Program-made: the position numbers and the translations under genes
Shown here: positions 63,261 to 64,000 of the stretch, one piece after another
How positions within the stretch are numbered: position 1 is the first letter of the stretch
Layout of the letters: each line of letters begins with the position of its first letter
The notes under the pieces: generated by a model
The model's database searches: none
The model's input: the letters and a program-made list of their open reading frames with translations, nothing else
Told to the model about the DNA's origin: nothing
Assembly (NCBI RefSeq): GCF_009914755.1
Contig: NC_060940.1
DNA: 64,000 bases
Reading direction: 5' to 3' (one strand)
Source of the DNA: the human T2T-CHM13v2.0 reference genome, Homo sapiens

Positions 63261-64000
63261 AGGGCAGGCAGTAGAGGCCCAGGTAACCCCAAACCGGATG
63301 CCACTCCCAGGGCAGTCCACGGTGGAGTGAGCAGCCAGGTGGGAAGGGCAGGGTGTCTCCTCCTAACTGCACCTGACCCCATCCTGTCTGATGTGCGTCC
63401 CAGGAGAGGGGGTGTGGCGACACCCCTGTGTGGTCCCCTTGCGAGCCAGCCAGGCCATCCCGGTGCCTCTGGCTTCCCCTCCCTGCCGCCAGCGCACACG
63501 TTGCAAACATCTGCCCCGGCCGGCTGCTGGGGGTCCCCTCCTGGAGTTCCCTGCTGCTGACAGGAACCAGTGCGCCTTTTATCACCCGCGGTGCACATCT
63601 GGGAACACTCTGGCCAGTGCGCTGGAGAGCTGACTCCCGGCCAAGCTCGCCGGGCAGGAGGGGTGGCCTGGGTCTGGGAAGCGCCTCCCAGTCCCGGGCG
63701 AAGCTGCCCCATGTGACCTCCAGCTTCTGGACGGTGTCCACAGAGGCCGTTGTGTAACCGCCGTGTCCAGGAGCGGGGCGGGCCTGGGCGGTGGGTGGGG
63801 TCCCACCAGCAAGCCTGGTCTGCCAAGGGGAGACGGGGGCCTCTGGGGTGGCTTAGGGACAGGGGGCTGGGGCTCCTCTGATTGAGGGCTGATGTGCATG
63901 CTCATTCTTCCCCTTGCCCCTCCTGCCTTTCTCTTTTTCTTCTTTCTTTCTCTGCTTTTTCCTTCCTCTCCCGTCTCTCTGGCTTTCGGTTGGTCTCTCT

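Overview
Human (primate) genomic DNA, GC-rich and Alu-dense. Gene content matches chr16q24.1 from memory of the proteins; no database search was run. The + strand carries the last nine coding exons of KIAA0513 (2474-14953, 243 C-terminal codons, including a 30-nt cassette microexon) and a ~5.9-kb 3'UTR ending near 20850. The - strand carries the complete CIBAR2/FAM92B gene (ATG 38993, poly(A) signal 25013-25018), which converges on KIAA0513. The rest (39.2-64 kb) is non-coding: Alu, MIR, L2, L1M, MaLR LTRs, DNA transposon relics, microsatellites and a few candidate regulatory islands. The strongest second-look signals are in splicing architecture. (1) CIBAR2 has a 6-nt Ser-Gln microexon between a U12 (minor spliceosome) intron and a U2 intron. 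(2) CIBAR2 has two alternative C-termini controlled by a stop-containing cassette exon whose donor lies 9 nt after the stop. (3) The KIAA0513 microexon has a full neural (SRRM4-type) cis-signature. (4) Two RFX X-boxes sit at the CIBAR2 promoter. All exon boundaries were derived by hand from GT/AG sites and reading-frame continuity. Repeat coordinates and subfamily names are approximate. I found no prokaryotic-type system, CRISPR array or novel protein-coding gene; almost all ORFs in the supplied track are Alu-derived or GC-rich chance ORFs.
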